The notes under the pieces are model-generated. The model had not been told where the DNA came from and ran no database searches. It saw nothing but the letters and a program-made list of their open reading frames with translations. This document shows, one piece after another, positions 11,559 to 22,400 of a stretch of 64,000 nt of DNA (within the stretch, counting starts at the first letter, position 1; the number at the start of each line of letters is the position of its first letter). The position numbers and the translations under genes were made by a program. The DNA is from Raillietiella orientalis. Lineage: Eukaryota. The stretch covers positions 2,356,001-2,420,000 of the forward strand of contig JAYWIR010000001.1 of assembly GCA_036172245.1 (NCBI GenBank), given 5' to 3'.

Positions 11559-12649
11559 ACCACTGAGCGATCCACCGTGATCGGGAAAAGCATCTTGCTT
11601 TCCATTACAACAGGAGTCCTCAGCAATCGTTGAGCAAGAGCTGCCTCCTTGCAGACCACCTCAAGTGTTGATCCCCGCTGCGGATGGTCATCGCACGAGG
11701 CTCTCGCCTTCGAGAAGGCGCGCGCGTTCTCGAGGAATACAAATCTCCTGCCTTGTGTACTCTAGCCTTCTTCTAGGTAGGCGCGTTCTTCAGCCATGAC
11801 TGCAGGCCGAGGGGGCGCGGCCACGGAGTTCCAAGCCCTCGCTGGCACGAGGAGCGATTCTATGGGGACAGACGATCCCACTTCCGTTGCCTCTGGGTCG
11901 ATGTCCGCATCGCAACCTGGCCTATCTTTGTGATGGCGTCAGGCATTACTGCTTTTTCCACCACCAAGTCCCCATAACCCCTCCCTCACTCAGTACACAA
12001 ACACAGACTCCCACCAGACGGAAACGAGCAACCAGCACGTCCGGTCGCCAGGATGATGGAAAGCATTTTTTCCTCATCCTGAAAGCAGGGTGACTGACTT
12101 CTTTCCGGATTCTTGTCTTCGCTGCTTTCCCTTCCAGCCTTTGTTTTTTGGGTTCTCCAAGTGATGAAGATCCGTCCGCCTCCTTGGATGAGGGAAAGGG
12201 GGTGGGAAAGGGGGGCTGGCGAAGCTCTTTAATGCTGTCCACGCCATCTGAGGGCGCATGTGACTCTTGTAAGTTATAGGGACCACCCTACGAATGGCTC
12301 CGAATAGCTCGGCTCCTCTCATGCTTAGGAGAACCCCGAAGGGAACCTCTTCCTTTTTCTCTCTGGAGGGGACCTCCGAAGAAGATCGACTTCTAATTTC
12401 TTCTCCGGAAGGGACCCGGGAAAGGGAGAAGGAGGAGGAAAAGGAAGATAAGAGGGGAGGTGGGGAGAATCAGAACAAGACCTTTTTATAAACCAGCTAT
12501 TTCTAGACTATTAAACCAGCTATTGTTGTTGATTGCTGGTTTAATGGTGGAAAAACAGCAAAAATGAGATTAATGGAATGTCTGGCTCGTGAATATTTCA
12601 GACACTGCAGATTCTGATTTCAGTCTCCTTTGGGCCTATTGGGGGTGTT

Positions 12650-14650
12650 ATGAGGTCAACATGTTTTTAGTGCACAATGTTCCATAGCTGTCACTCGAGA
12701 TCCACAGGCAAAAGGAATCCGAAGAATTCGAAATGATCCTTTTTCCTGCAATTAATAGTTGTAGGGGGATGGACTTCAAGGCGCACCTAGGACGTCTCTC
12801 ATGGAGCACTTCGAGATAGAACAAAGTTTCCAAAGTTCTATGGAACACATGCTGAAAAAAAGTCCCGTTCATTGAAGCTCAAGTTTTTTATTTCGATAGT
12901 TTCCACCGGCAACCGCTGCTGCAAGCGTCTATATCAGAGGAACAGTGTCTCATACTGCAATTGGGAAGAACTCTGAAATATTCCGTCGATGACTCCATTA
13001 CGTCAGACTGCATAAAACATCCGTTGAGGTAGATCCGACCTATCAAAAGCAGATGTGAAGCAGCAGTGATCATTTATAACTGGTATCTAAGTTGACTCAA
13101 CATTGTGTCACGTCTCTTTTCGAGAAGTCTTTGCAGAAATCCGTAGCAAAGGGAACATGGAGCCCCGGAAAGGGCACGTTGCAAAGAATCGTGAGATTGC
13201 GCCATCTGTTTGTTGACTATCAAACCGCTCCTTGGCAAAAATTCGATTTCCACATCAAAGGAAAAAGATTGCAACCACCCTCCTGGATAGTTTTTTTTTT
13301 TTTTTCGAAACATCATGGAAACCGGGACTTGTTGAGGGCACTTTTAAAATTAGCTAGTTGTCTTCTCATGATGTATAGAGAACATTCTAAAACTGATTCC
13401 AGATTAGAGAAAGAATTGAAAGCATCCTGTGCTTGTGAAACGAATGGCTCAGCCCGCAACCTAAAACAATCGTAAAAGAGAAAGATATGTGCCTTATAAG
13501 TAAAAGTTCTGCACATTCCATTTGAATGTTATTTTTCTAAAAAAAAAAAATCTCCTTGCAGATGCAAACCACGCAGTATGTGAAAAGCGTTCTGTGATTT
13601 CAGTGGACACCACCCCAAGTGAAAACTATAGGGCCGTGTGTGAAGTCGATCGCTTCTCTGAGTCCCTTTTCCCTTATGCCCAAAACCGTCACTTGTGCAG
13701 CATCCGTAAACAAGAGATCGTCGTATCCTCTGCGCCTTCCCTGCGTCATATGGAGATTGCAGTCAACACAGTGACGCAATACTTGGACGATTAGCATCTC
13801 TCCAGGAAAAATGACCCCGAAGACTTGCTAAGAAGCTGCTTGTTCTCCAGGAGCTCCAATCTATCTTTTCATTCCAAGAGGGCTTCCCACCCCAAAGGGC
13901 ACATGTAAGCCCTGTCTCTGCGCCTCTGCTCTCGCCATCACGATGGAAAACAAAGTAGCAGCTGCACTGGAATGCTTCTGTGCAGGAAGATGCTGGCGCG
14001 AGGAACATTAAGAATTGCAGCTGGAAATCAGGAACCTCCTTTCACTCCTTCACCCCTTCCTTGCCTTTCCTAGTTCCTCCTAGAGTAGGTAACTTCCCAA
14101 GGTACGGTTTCGTTTCTTCCGTTCCTTAAGAAATCGGAAGCTGGTTGCCTGGAATCTCTACCCGACTCATCCAGAATGAAAACAAATCTTCCGGTTCTAG
14201 ACCCCGTAAGGACTGGTGGGTCAGCGATGTGATCCAGCTCACGAGACGACTGAATGCATGAGAGGAGCTTTCCGGGAAAAAGAGGAGCTGACGAAGAAAT
14301 GATGCCCATCCTCTTCGACTCTGTTCCAAACTGTCAGCTCCGTCCAAGTGATAGATCGAGAGTCAAATCAGCCCGAACTCTCCCATTCGATGGTCTTGGT
14401 TGACCACCTTGGCAACAGCTGATTGAAACTGCTGCAAGATGGCGCAATCGAAACTCATTGGAATCTGCGGTGGCCTGCAGATTAAGGACAGTGGAAAGGA
14501 AGGAAGAGCCCGAAGAAACACGTAGCCTATCCTGAGATCAGCCTGAGGAAACGAACTTCGTGATGACGCACAAGCCATGAGTCATCACCGAGGTCTGCTG
14601 AACACATCAAGTGTTTTCCCGCTTTCACAGTGCTTTTCCTTGAAGATGGT
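12650..14650 (-). pseudogene. Possible highly decayed NACHT/STAND-like NTPase fragment
   Basis: Only scattered motif-like words on the minus strand, in plausible order: ESGKT (about 14610-14630), RFVFILDE (Walker-B-like, about 14165-14190) and FFQHVFHRTLE (about 12830-12865). No continuous frame. Confidence 0.2.
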
Positions 14651-15289
14651 TCAGGAAACAGAGTGAATCACAGGAACCCTGATGCCGTTGAAGCGTTCTT
14701 GCTTTTCACGTTCAAGAGAATGTTCTAGAGAATTGCCAAGAGAGCAGAGATGATTATTCGGAAGCTGCAACGTTTTTCAGAGAGAGCCAAGGGCTCTCCA
14801 AGGTTTCGCAGTTGCTTTCCGACCAGAAGATCCTTGCCAGCAGCACGATGACCATATCAGTTCACTTCCTTCCTGGAGACAGTGCGGGATCGCGTTTCCA
14901 TGCGCAAGACAACGCCTGTAGGTGTGCTGAGATAAGAAAAAAGATTCAGCAGTTTGCGATGGAAGGAAGAGCACCCCGAGGAGGGAAGGTCAGCAACAGT
15001 GTTGGACAAACAGGTGATCAGTGAAGAATCACGTTGGAATCTTCCAGCCTTCCACATAAAACCTCCTTTCCCTTTTAGCATTTCCTTTTTTAGCGTCCAG
15101 CCTGCAGGATCAAATCTTCGAATGCTTACAGAGCGCAACGCAAAGAGCACCCGGAGGGACAGCAAAGAATCGCTAAAGGGCAGGTCACTTCCGGTCATTG
15201 ATTCCACAGTTGCCCAGCGCTCCAGCAAAGCACAACAATAGATTCATCCAGGAAACCACAGATGCTTTTTCCAAACTCGCTCCTCTGTG

Positions 15290-16990
15290 CCGCGCGCGCG
15301 GGCTCTCCGAAGCTCGTCGGCAGAACTCGAAGCTCTTCGAAGACTTCCTGAATCCGAGGCCAGAGCGGCAGCACTCTGCGAGAGCTCCACCAATGCGAGA
15401 GTAAGCAAGAAACGCTCTTGGGGAGGTCGCCCTACTAGAGTGAACGTCTGGACAGAGGGAAGCCTGGAACAGACCAGAGGATATCTTGGACCGCAAAGGT
15501 CGTGACGTTCTGATGAGCAGAGCAGAACTGCTCCTGAAGAGACGGTGTGATCGACCTTGGAGGGGATGGAGTTTCGTGCTCGGAGCGAAAGCACCGGTCC
15601 CGGAAGGGAAGGGATGGGGCACATTATTGAAGACTTCGGTCCCCCCCCCCTCCCCTGCCGTACTCGGATGGCATACGAGAAGTTTGGGTCGGATTTCTGA
15701 GGACGTGTCGTTAAGCAGCCAGGACAGCGGCAGCCGCGATGCTGCGCGTGCGCCCATCGCGAGACGAGAAGCGGAGACGATGGCGCGTGGATGCTGCAGC
15801 CAACGCTTCGATCTTCCAAATACCTCCCAAACAGGAGGAGAAAAGTCAAATCACCCTCAGCAGCGCTTGCATCATTGTCAGTAGCCTGCCTTGTTTAGAT
15901 GACCATTTCTGGAGGTGAGAGAGCAAGCGCTGCTGGCACGCAACCAACAATTTTACGCATGCTGCAGAAGATGAAGTCCGCTGAGGCTGAGAGAACTCCC
16001 TTAGCTGCAGTGTTGCCCTCTTCAAGGGAAGCCCTGGGCAGTGGCACACCGATAATGTTGGACGCGAACAACAAAATCGCACGTAAGAAGAAACCCCTTC
16101 ATGGGTGGTCCACACTCAACCTACCGATGATGAGACCCCAAGTGCCTCACCGAAAGGGCTGCTTCTCTCAGAAAGTTTCCGGGCATCCTCAGCATGAAGT
16201 GAAACTGCACGCATTGCTGATGGACAGCTCCATCCTCCTCTTCAAGAGGGAGAAGCCAGAGCTGCTGATCTTGCATTGGGGAGTTCCGTGCAGCAAACGG
16301 ACCAGGAGTGGTGTGGATCCGAAATGTGGCAAATGCGGAAAAAAACTGAAATCCTCCAGCAACCTCTCGTAGACCGTTTTCCATCCAGCTCCTGTAGAAA
16401 CGTTTTTCGACATCCCTGAGGCTCCCGGCAGGCAGCCTCAGGGACGTCATGAAACGTCCCTTCTCGAGCGTGCTGCGCTACTGCCAGCGGTGGGTTTCCG
16501 CCTGCACGGGATGGTGGGGGCCTGATGCGCTACAAGAAGAGACTTTGCCCACTAAGCGAGAATCTTAATGGGTGTCTTTTCGAGATGATCTCACCTGGGA
16601 ACTGTCCAGAAAGAACGTACCGGCATCCCAGAAAGGATGCAGAATTTTTTCCTTCGGTACCAACGTGGGCCAGGAACGCTCTTGGAGTGGTCGCTCTCCT
16701 AGAGCGAAAAACTGGACAGAGAGAAGTCTGAAACGGACCAGAGGATCTCTGGCACCTCAAAAGTTACGACGTCTTTTTTTATTCAGGCCTTTCCGCCCTC
16801 GCAGGAAGCCGTTATCGCTCTGACATCTCCAGTCTGCCTCGCATCCGCTTTACGGGCCGCAACGGACGTCCGTCTCAGCAAAGGACGGTGATCCCTTCCC
16901 AAACACGTTTCCTGAATTTATTTTCATTTTGTTGTTGTTGTTGCTTTCTTGTCTGAACGTGGTAGCATCGAGAGACCCACCACGTATGCT
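15290..16990 (+). mobile_element. Scrambled L1/Tx1-like ORF2 and 3' UTR fragments (element F)
   Basis: LLILHWGVPC...VDPKCGKCG (zf-RVT-like, about 16260-16345) and LRLPAGSLRDV. A diverged duplicated segment at about 15390-15510 and 16660-16775. The family 3' UTR start tgatcccttccc at about 16889 and a CGTGGT...ACCACG hairpin at about 16958-16984. Confidence 0.65.
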
Positions 16991-17139
16991 CACCTTTTGC
17001 AGCGGATGCCTCGACGTAACTCGATGATGGACCAACAATTTCTCTCCACACAGAGTTCATCCATGAGCGGTTCTGGAAACCAGGTAGCTCAGAGCCTTCA
17101 TATCGAACCAACCGGACATCTGAGGCATAAAATGGTTCC

Positions 17140-17345
17140 TTGAAGGAAGTGCTCTTCACAGAAGGTCATTGCTTCAGAGGACACGGAAAATTATGTTCCG
17201 TTTGTGGCTGGTTCGGCTTCTGGAACATCCGAATGCTTTCATCAGAGAGAAGACCTTCGTTCTGTCGTCTGCCTTATCTTCAAATGTCTCTCTTCCTCGG
17301 AAACCGACCCCAATCTGTTCAATTGTCCTTTATGCCTGCATGTGA
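17140..17345 (+). pseudogene. Possible decayed RING-finger fragment
   Basis: Across a frameshift: KLCSVC...RML.....SFC...L and LFNCPLC, resembling a C3HC4 RING with lost ligands. Confidence 0.25.
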
Positions 17346-17583
17346 TGGGTCTCCTCTCTTCGCCGAATGAGCCGCTCGGAGCAGGGTTTTTAGGGACGAT
17401 TCCCAGCTTTACTTTCAAAACTACCCAGCAGCCCTCGTGGAGCAAACTGGCTCGGCTTTCGGCACCGGTCTTTGTGGATGAGACCGATTCCATGCGAGAG
17501 TACAGCTTGCAGCCGAAAAGATCATGCGTCATTGGGTATCCTGGATGTTTCACCTCTCCCACGGAATCACTCGATTCAGAGCA

Positions 17584-17948
17584 CAGTGGTACCTTGGTAC
17601 TCGTCGGTAGTTTGTTCCGGAACTCGTGACGAGTGCCGAAACCGACGAGTTCCGAACGAGTTCCTTTTTAGGCCTCCTGGTATCATTTTCGACCATTCTA
17701 AGATCCACGATCAACGCTTAAGATGCACAGAAAGCGCAAAAAAAAGGAACGATCCAGGAGACACTCTATGGAAGTGTTCGGCACTGCTTGCGAGCTATCG
17801 TGAGACGAAAGCGTTCACTTGTTTCATCATGAGTGGGGCGTCAAATGCTGAGCATGCGCCGAGCGCTGAAACATTTTTTATCTCATCAAAGTGCGACTAG
17901 AACTGAGTTTGACGAGTTCCGACACCGTCGAGTACCGAGGTACCACTG
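17584..17948. mobile_element. pogo/Tigger-like (Tc1/mariner superfamily) MITE, 365 bp
   Basis: 25-bp terminal inverted repeats, CAGTGGTACCT(T/C)GGTACTCG(T/A)CGGT (2 mismatches). Non-coding interior. A second copy lies inverted at 55091-55383. Confidence 0.8.
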
Positions 17949-18787
17949 CACTTGCCGGACTGAAATTCTTCTCATCTCTCATGGTGCCCAACTAACGAGC
18001 TGGCTCTGTTCCTTGCACAAGACCTCGGGTCTGCAGTTGCGGATGGTGGCTCTCCCAGTCGAGATCTCGCCTCAACGAAAAGTAAGAGTTTGGTTCATTC
18101 CTTCCGTGTACGCAGCATCCCTGACAAATGAAAATGGCACCGAGCCATGAGGCGATCTCAGAATGTCTCAATTCTCTCGTTCCATTACCTCAAACCATCG
18201 CTGCCTTGGATACGCTGCCCTTTCCACGTTTCCAAGTGCATGAGTGCCATAAATTCAAACTCCTGAAATGCATGGGTGGCGACCTGACTCATGTGAGCTG
18301 GTGCGCTCCTTGAAACGGTTCACACTGATTGTACTGGACACGTAGCTGACCTTCGGAGCACGACCGTGGTCTTTCTAAGGCGACCGACGAATGCAAGCAT
18401 CCAGTCGAAAAGGATCCTGCTCCGTTGCTAAGCGACGACTCAACCGCGATCACAATTTCGAAAATTGACTTTTCGCTGTAGCCTTTCGGACCTCGTTTTG
18501 AGGAGCCGCTTCACCCGGGAGCGCGTCAAGGGCTGAAATCCTTGGCGCGCTCCCAGTATGCCTTCCGACACATCCAACACCTTTCGCAGACATCCGAAGA
18601 GGAACGCCGTTTCCCTGCTTTCGGACTTCATCTGGAAGTCATGACGACTTTTTTTTTTTTTGACTTCCTGGCACACTGATGACGTCATAGCCTGAAAACT
18701 GTGGATGGTCACTTAGAACGCCACCTTCTAAATGCCACTTCTCCTTACTTCGACCGAGAACAGTTGAGGTGAACGAAAAATTCAGAT

Positions 18788-19410
18788 GGAGCCCGCATTG
18801 GAGGCCGTTTGGTTTCTGTGTCCGCGAATGACACCGACTGTCTCGGGTTCGAATCCCTCCCAGGGAAGGGTCGATTCCCCGAGACATGAAGGAAGCGTCG
18901 TGAGTCAGAGTCCCACCCGTAGGATGACGCTGATTGGCCCATATTCGGGTGCGGTAGCGGACGAAATTGGCGCCGCTTGCGAGGCCAAGCAGGAGAGAGT
19001 CTTCGAGTGCACTCTCGCGGTGCAAAAGAGAGTAGAGTCTCCGCGCGAGTCAGCGAACGTCGGGGATTCGAATCCCACGGGGGAAAGAGTCGATCCCCCT
19101 AGAAATCGGGGTGCGTTCAAGTCTTCCCCTCCGCAGGCGCTTGGTTGGCCTCGGTTGGTTTCGGGTGCGGCACTGATGGAAGCCGGATGCTCCCCTCCAC
19201 TTGCCGGTATGGGAAGTTGACCCTTCGGGGTCGTTCCAGGAAGCAAGGACCAGGTTCCCTTCGGAGGCAACCAGGACAAAAGGTTCCTTCCCAAGAGACT
19301 CGAAAATCCAGGGAAGTTTGAAATTCATAGGGTGTCCCCCTCCTAACTTGAAGAGTCAACACCCACCCTCGGGCAGCGTGGAGCAGTGTCCAAAGAGCTT
19401 CGTGAACCCC
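18788..19410 (+). mobile_element. Two tandem tRNA-like (SINE-head-like) units joined to a segment homologous to the LINE 5' region
   Basis: B-box/T-loop-like GGTTCGAATCC (18846-18856) and GATTCGAATCC (19065-19075) sit in diverged ~220-bp repeats. 19213-19402 aligns with the reverse complement of 12220-12395 of element A. Confidence 0.55.
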
Positions 19411-22400
19411 CACGCGAGAACGTGTCTCGGTTCTTAGCGAACTAAGAAAACAACCAAAAATTCACACGAGGTCCCGGATTTTTTACTTCCTCGGAATAAG
19501 ATTCCTCTGATCTGTTGACATGATGCTTGCCCGCCGCTCACCTTCTTCCTACAGGGAAGGCAAACCGGAAAAGAAGGTGTGCCCTACCCAGGCGGGGCCT
19601 GAATGCGAATTTCCATCCGAGATCATTCCGGCAGGTGAACGCACCACCCCACACGGTCAAAGATGCCTGCCTGTGCGCGAGGTCCTTCAGAGAGCTTTGT
19701 GCTGCACCGCTCACGGGGCGCTGTTTTTACCACCTCGGCATCCACCGATGATTACGATCGGTTCTCTGGAAAGTCACCTGAGAGAAGGTCAGCCGTTGGG
19801 AAGAGCACAGTTCGAGGCACGGGATTCTTCCCTTCTCGATGAGAAGAGTCTTCTGCCTCCTCCCTGAAAGTCTATGGCTACTAGGAGCTTGAGTAAGGGG
19901 AGGAGAGCTTGGAGGGGAGGAGGGTGAGGGAGAAGAAAGAGAGAAAAGTCACTAAGGGCCATCTGTGACACCCGCAGGACGCCATGAAGCGATCCTTCTG
20001 GCTTCTGTTCGTTTGCATAGCATTTGGATGCTTGTAGCAACCTCGCTCCAGTCGTAAGACGCTCTCTCGGAGCACGTAGAGGAAGGTCCTTTGTCGTAGC
20101 CTCACATCCGGTGTCACACACGTGCAGGTACGTTCGTCGTGCTCTGCAAAAACCGTATGATCGCAGAGCTTTGAGCCACGATCGAGCTCGTCTAAAGCGG
20201 CAGGCAAGAAGAGTACCACAGGCGCTTTCCGGCCTGCTCTCCTCCCCTTTACCTTCCAAAGGCGGACCTTCGATCAGTTGTCCACGCAACGCTTGCTGTT
20301 GCCCGAGTGTGACCCCAGTCGCTCTAAGGCATCCGGGACAGAACGGAAGGAAGGGCTGGTGAAACGAGGCGGCGGCGAACTCGCGGATGGCTCCCAGCGC
20401 AAGTCAGAAGAACCAAAGAACTGGGTTCCGTGAGGGATGCTGGGTGGCCTGGGAAGAGTGTTCGTTGAAAAGGGGGGAGTATTCGTGACGCACCTCGGAA
20501 GGCTCCCAAGAGACAGGGCGAAGACCACGGTCGCGGAGAAAAAAAAAATCACTGTTGGAGATCCATCGGGTCGGCACAGTGCAAGTCCGAGGACTGTCCT
20601 CTAGCAGCGGAATTTCGGTCAGAAAAGTGTCCTTTCCCTTCGAAATCCTGAGCATCTGAGCAGACTTTCGAAAAAGCAGCGGAGAACCCTTGTGATTCCC
20701 TCGCCCCCGTGAAAGATGCGGCAGCATCTGAAACATCGGGTTCTTTAGGATGCAGAAAGGTACCGATCTAGACAAAAACGTCTTTTTGAAATGGATCAAA
20801 ATGCAGATTGTAGGTTGAAGCTGTGAGAGTGTTTGATGTACACATAAAGCGTTCAATCTTAAAAAGTGGATCCCGAGAGTCTGGATGAGAATGTCTTCGT
20901 GAACGGGGTTCGCACCGATCGATAAGCGAGCACAGGGATGAATGATGCTCGTGTTGCGTCAGCACAGCGGCATGCTCCACGGCATTAGGTCTCTGTGCTT
21001 CCATATCTTCAGTGACCAGCAAATGAGATGCGTGGGAGATATTGGAAAGTGAGGTCTCTTTTAGCCAGTTCCTTGTGCTCCTTCATCCACAAATCCATTT
21101 GCGAAGAGATTCTTCTGCTGTCAGTCTGCCCTTCTGAAACAAGTACCGCACAGGCAAACAGGCGAAGCAGCATCCCCGGACGTCTTGGCAGGCATCTATC
21201 TTAGACATTAGAATCTAACGTCCTTTCAAGAAAAAACTCATAGCACTGTCACCCCGAGCATTTCCAGAAGTCGCATTTTCAGGGACACCCATGCGAAAAA
21301 GAGAGAGAAAGTGTTGGGGAAACGGAAGTGTTGACGCGTTTGAACTTGATCAAAGACTAGCTTTAAGAGGAAATGCCTTGCGCTCCATCGGGGCTTCTGG
21401 GAAATGAAAGGGAGGTGACGAAACATCCTTCATGGAGTTCTCTGGACAGCCTATTGAAGATGCGCGTTCTTTCAAGTCCCATCAAAGTTTCCGCTTTGAT
21501 GGCAATGGTAGCTGTAGCTGCGCCCGGTCACCTCCCGGACTCCGAAATACCAAAGGCAGCGGTGTGCACTTTCTTTCGTAAAGGAAATATTTGTGAGTAA
21601 GTGCTACTGCTGCCACTGATGGCTCACGGAGAGTTTAAACTGCCAACTTTCAAAACAGAAGAATCCAGGACACCAGACTCACAAAAGTACATACATCAGG
21701 TTGTATATGGTAAACAGACACAAGAATTCCGAATGCGTTTCTTTGCATGAGAATAGCTTTCCATTGCTACGTTAAGCAACTGCACCACGGACGCTTCTCA
21801 CGCATCCTTTCATTACATTTGTAATGAATATCAGGTTAGTACCGGAACAACAGAAGTGGTTAGTGGTGCCAAGGATCAGTCTGAAAGAATGTATGCTACC
21901 GACATTTGTCCCAGTCAGAAGGGCGCGGAAGTTGCCAAAATGACGACGATAAAGGAAACCGAAATAAAACAAATAAAAAGATGAGAGAGGAGGATAGGAT
22001 AAGACCAGCAGCTCGCTGATCGTTGACAGCAGAAACTTTACCCACAATATCATGAACATGCATCATCCAGAATACCCCAGAGTGCATCCATAATACGTTT
22101 TAAGACATTTATTTCATTACAAAGCGGTAATCCTTGCAAGTATTTAGCCAGTTGCTCATGATCGCGTTCTAATCAAATGATAGAACAAACGCTAACATGT
22201 GCTTTAGAAGGAAAGAAGGTTCGGGTCGCTGATCGAGCTAGATGGAAATTCCTCAGTTAGCTCAAAGGCAGCAGCGCATCTACAGGGATAAATGATGCTC
22301 GTGTTGCATCAGCACAATCTTCAACGAGTGAATTCGGTCACCATACTCCTCCCTCCTCCCCAAAACTTTGGACACCAGAGTAGGGTGCAGGGTTTTGGGC

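Larger units (their letters stand above)
5584..12480 (-). mobile_element. Near full-length decayed L1/Tx1-like non-LTR retrotransposon (element A; host of nested insertions)
   Basis: Minus-strand order: 5' region (12.2-12.5 kb); ORF1 remnants with a CCHC knuckle CGVCNSSGHLKRRC (about 9857-9898); RT motifs GADGLPAEFY, NWRPI, NADANLL|AKL..ERL, VDLRKAFDYV (about 7670-7706), RGVRQGDSLNPLLFNI (about 7487-7534), a decayed catalytic motif (SAAED in place of YADD) and KFLDVPL; then RLKDLCAPHKDG, zf-RVT (HLLLDC) and the 3' UTR. The endonuclease region appears deleted. Many stops and frameshifts. Confidence 0.85.

Noticed and set aside
12489-12524. TAAACCAGCTATT duplication as the TSD of element A
   Set aside because: Both copies lie on the same side of the element and no match exists at its 3' end. 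It is just a local duplication.
1598-18700. Hammerhead-like CTGATGA...GAAA words (about 1599, 1902, 18676)
   Set aside because: The stem II closing pair or the GAAA is missing, and there are no compatible stems I/III.
18788-18865. Functional tRNA gene
   Set aside because: No proper acceptor stem or D-arm, and U33 is absent. Treated as a tRNA-derived repeat head instead.
279-21000. Dozens of overlapping 60-260 aa ORFs in the GC-rich region
   Set aside because: Expected by chance at this GC content, or are frames of decayed LINE sequence. No coherent exon structure or host-protein motifs.
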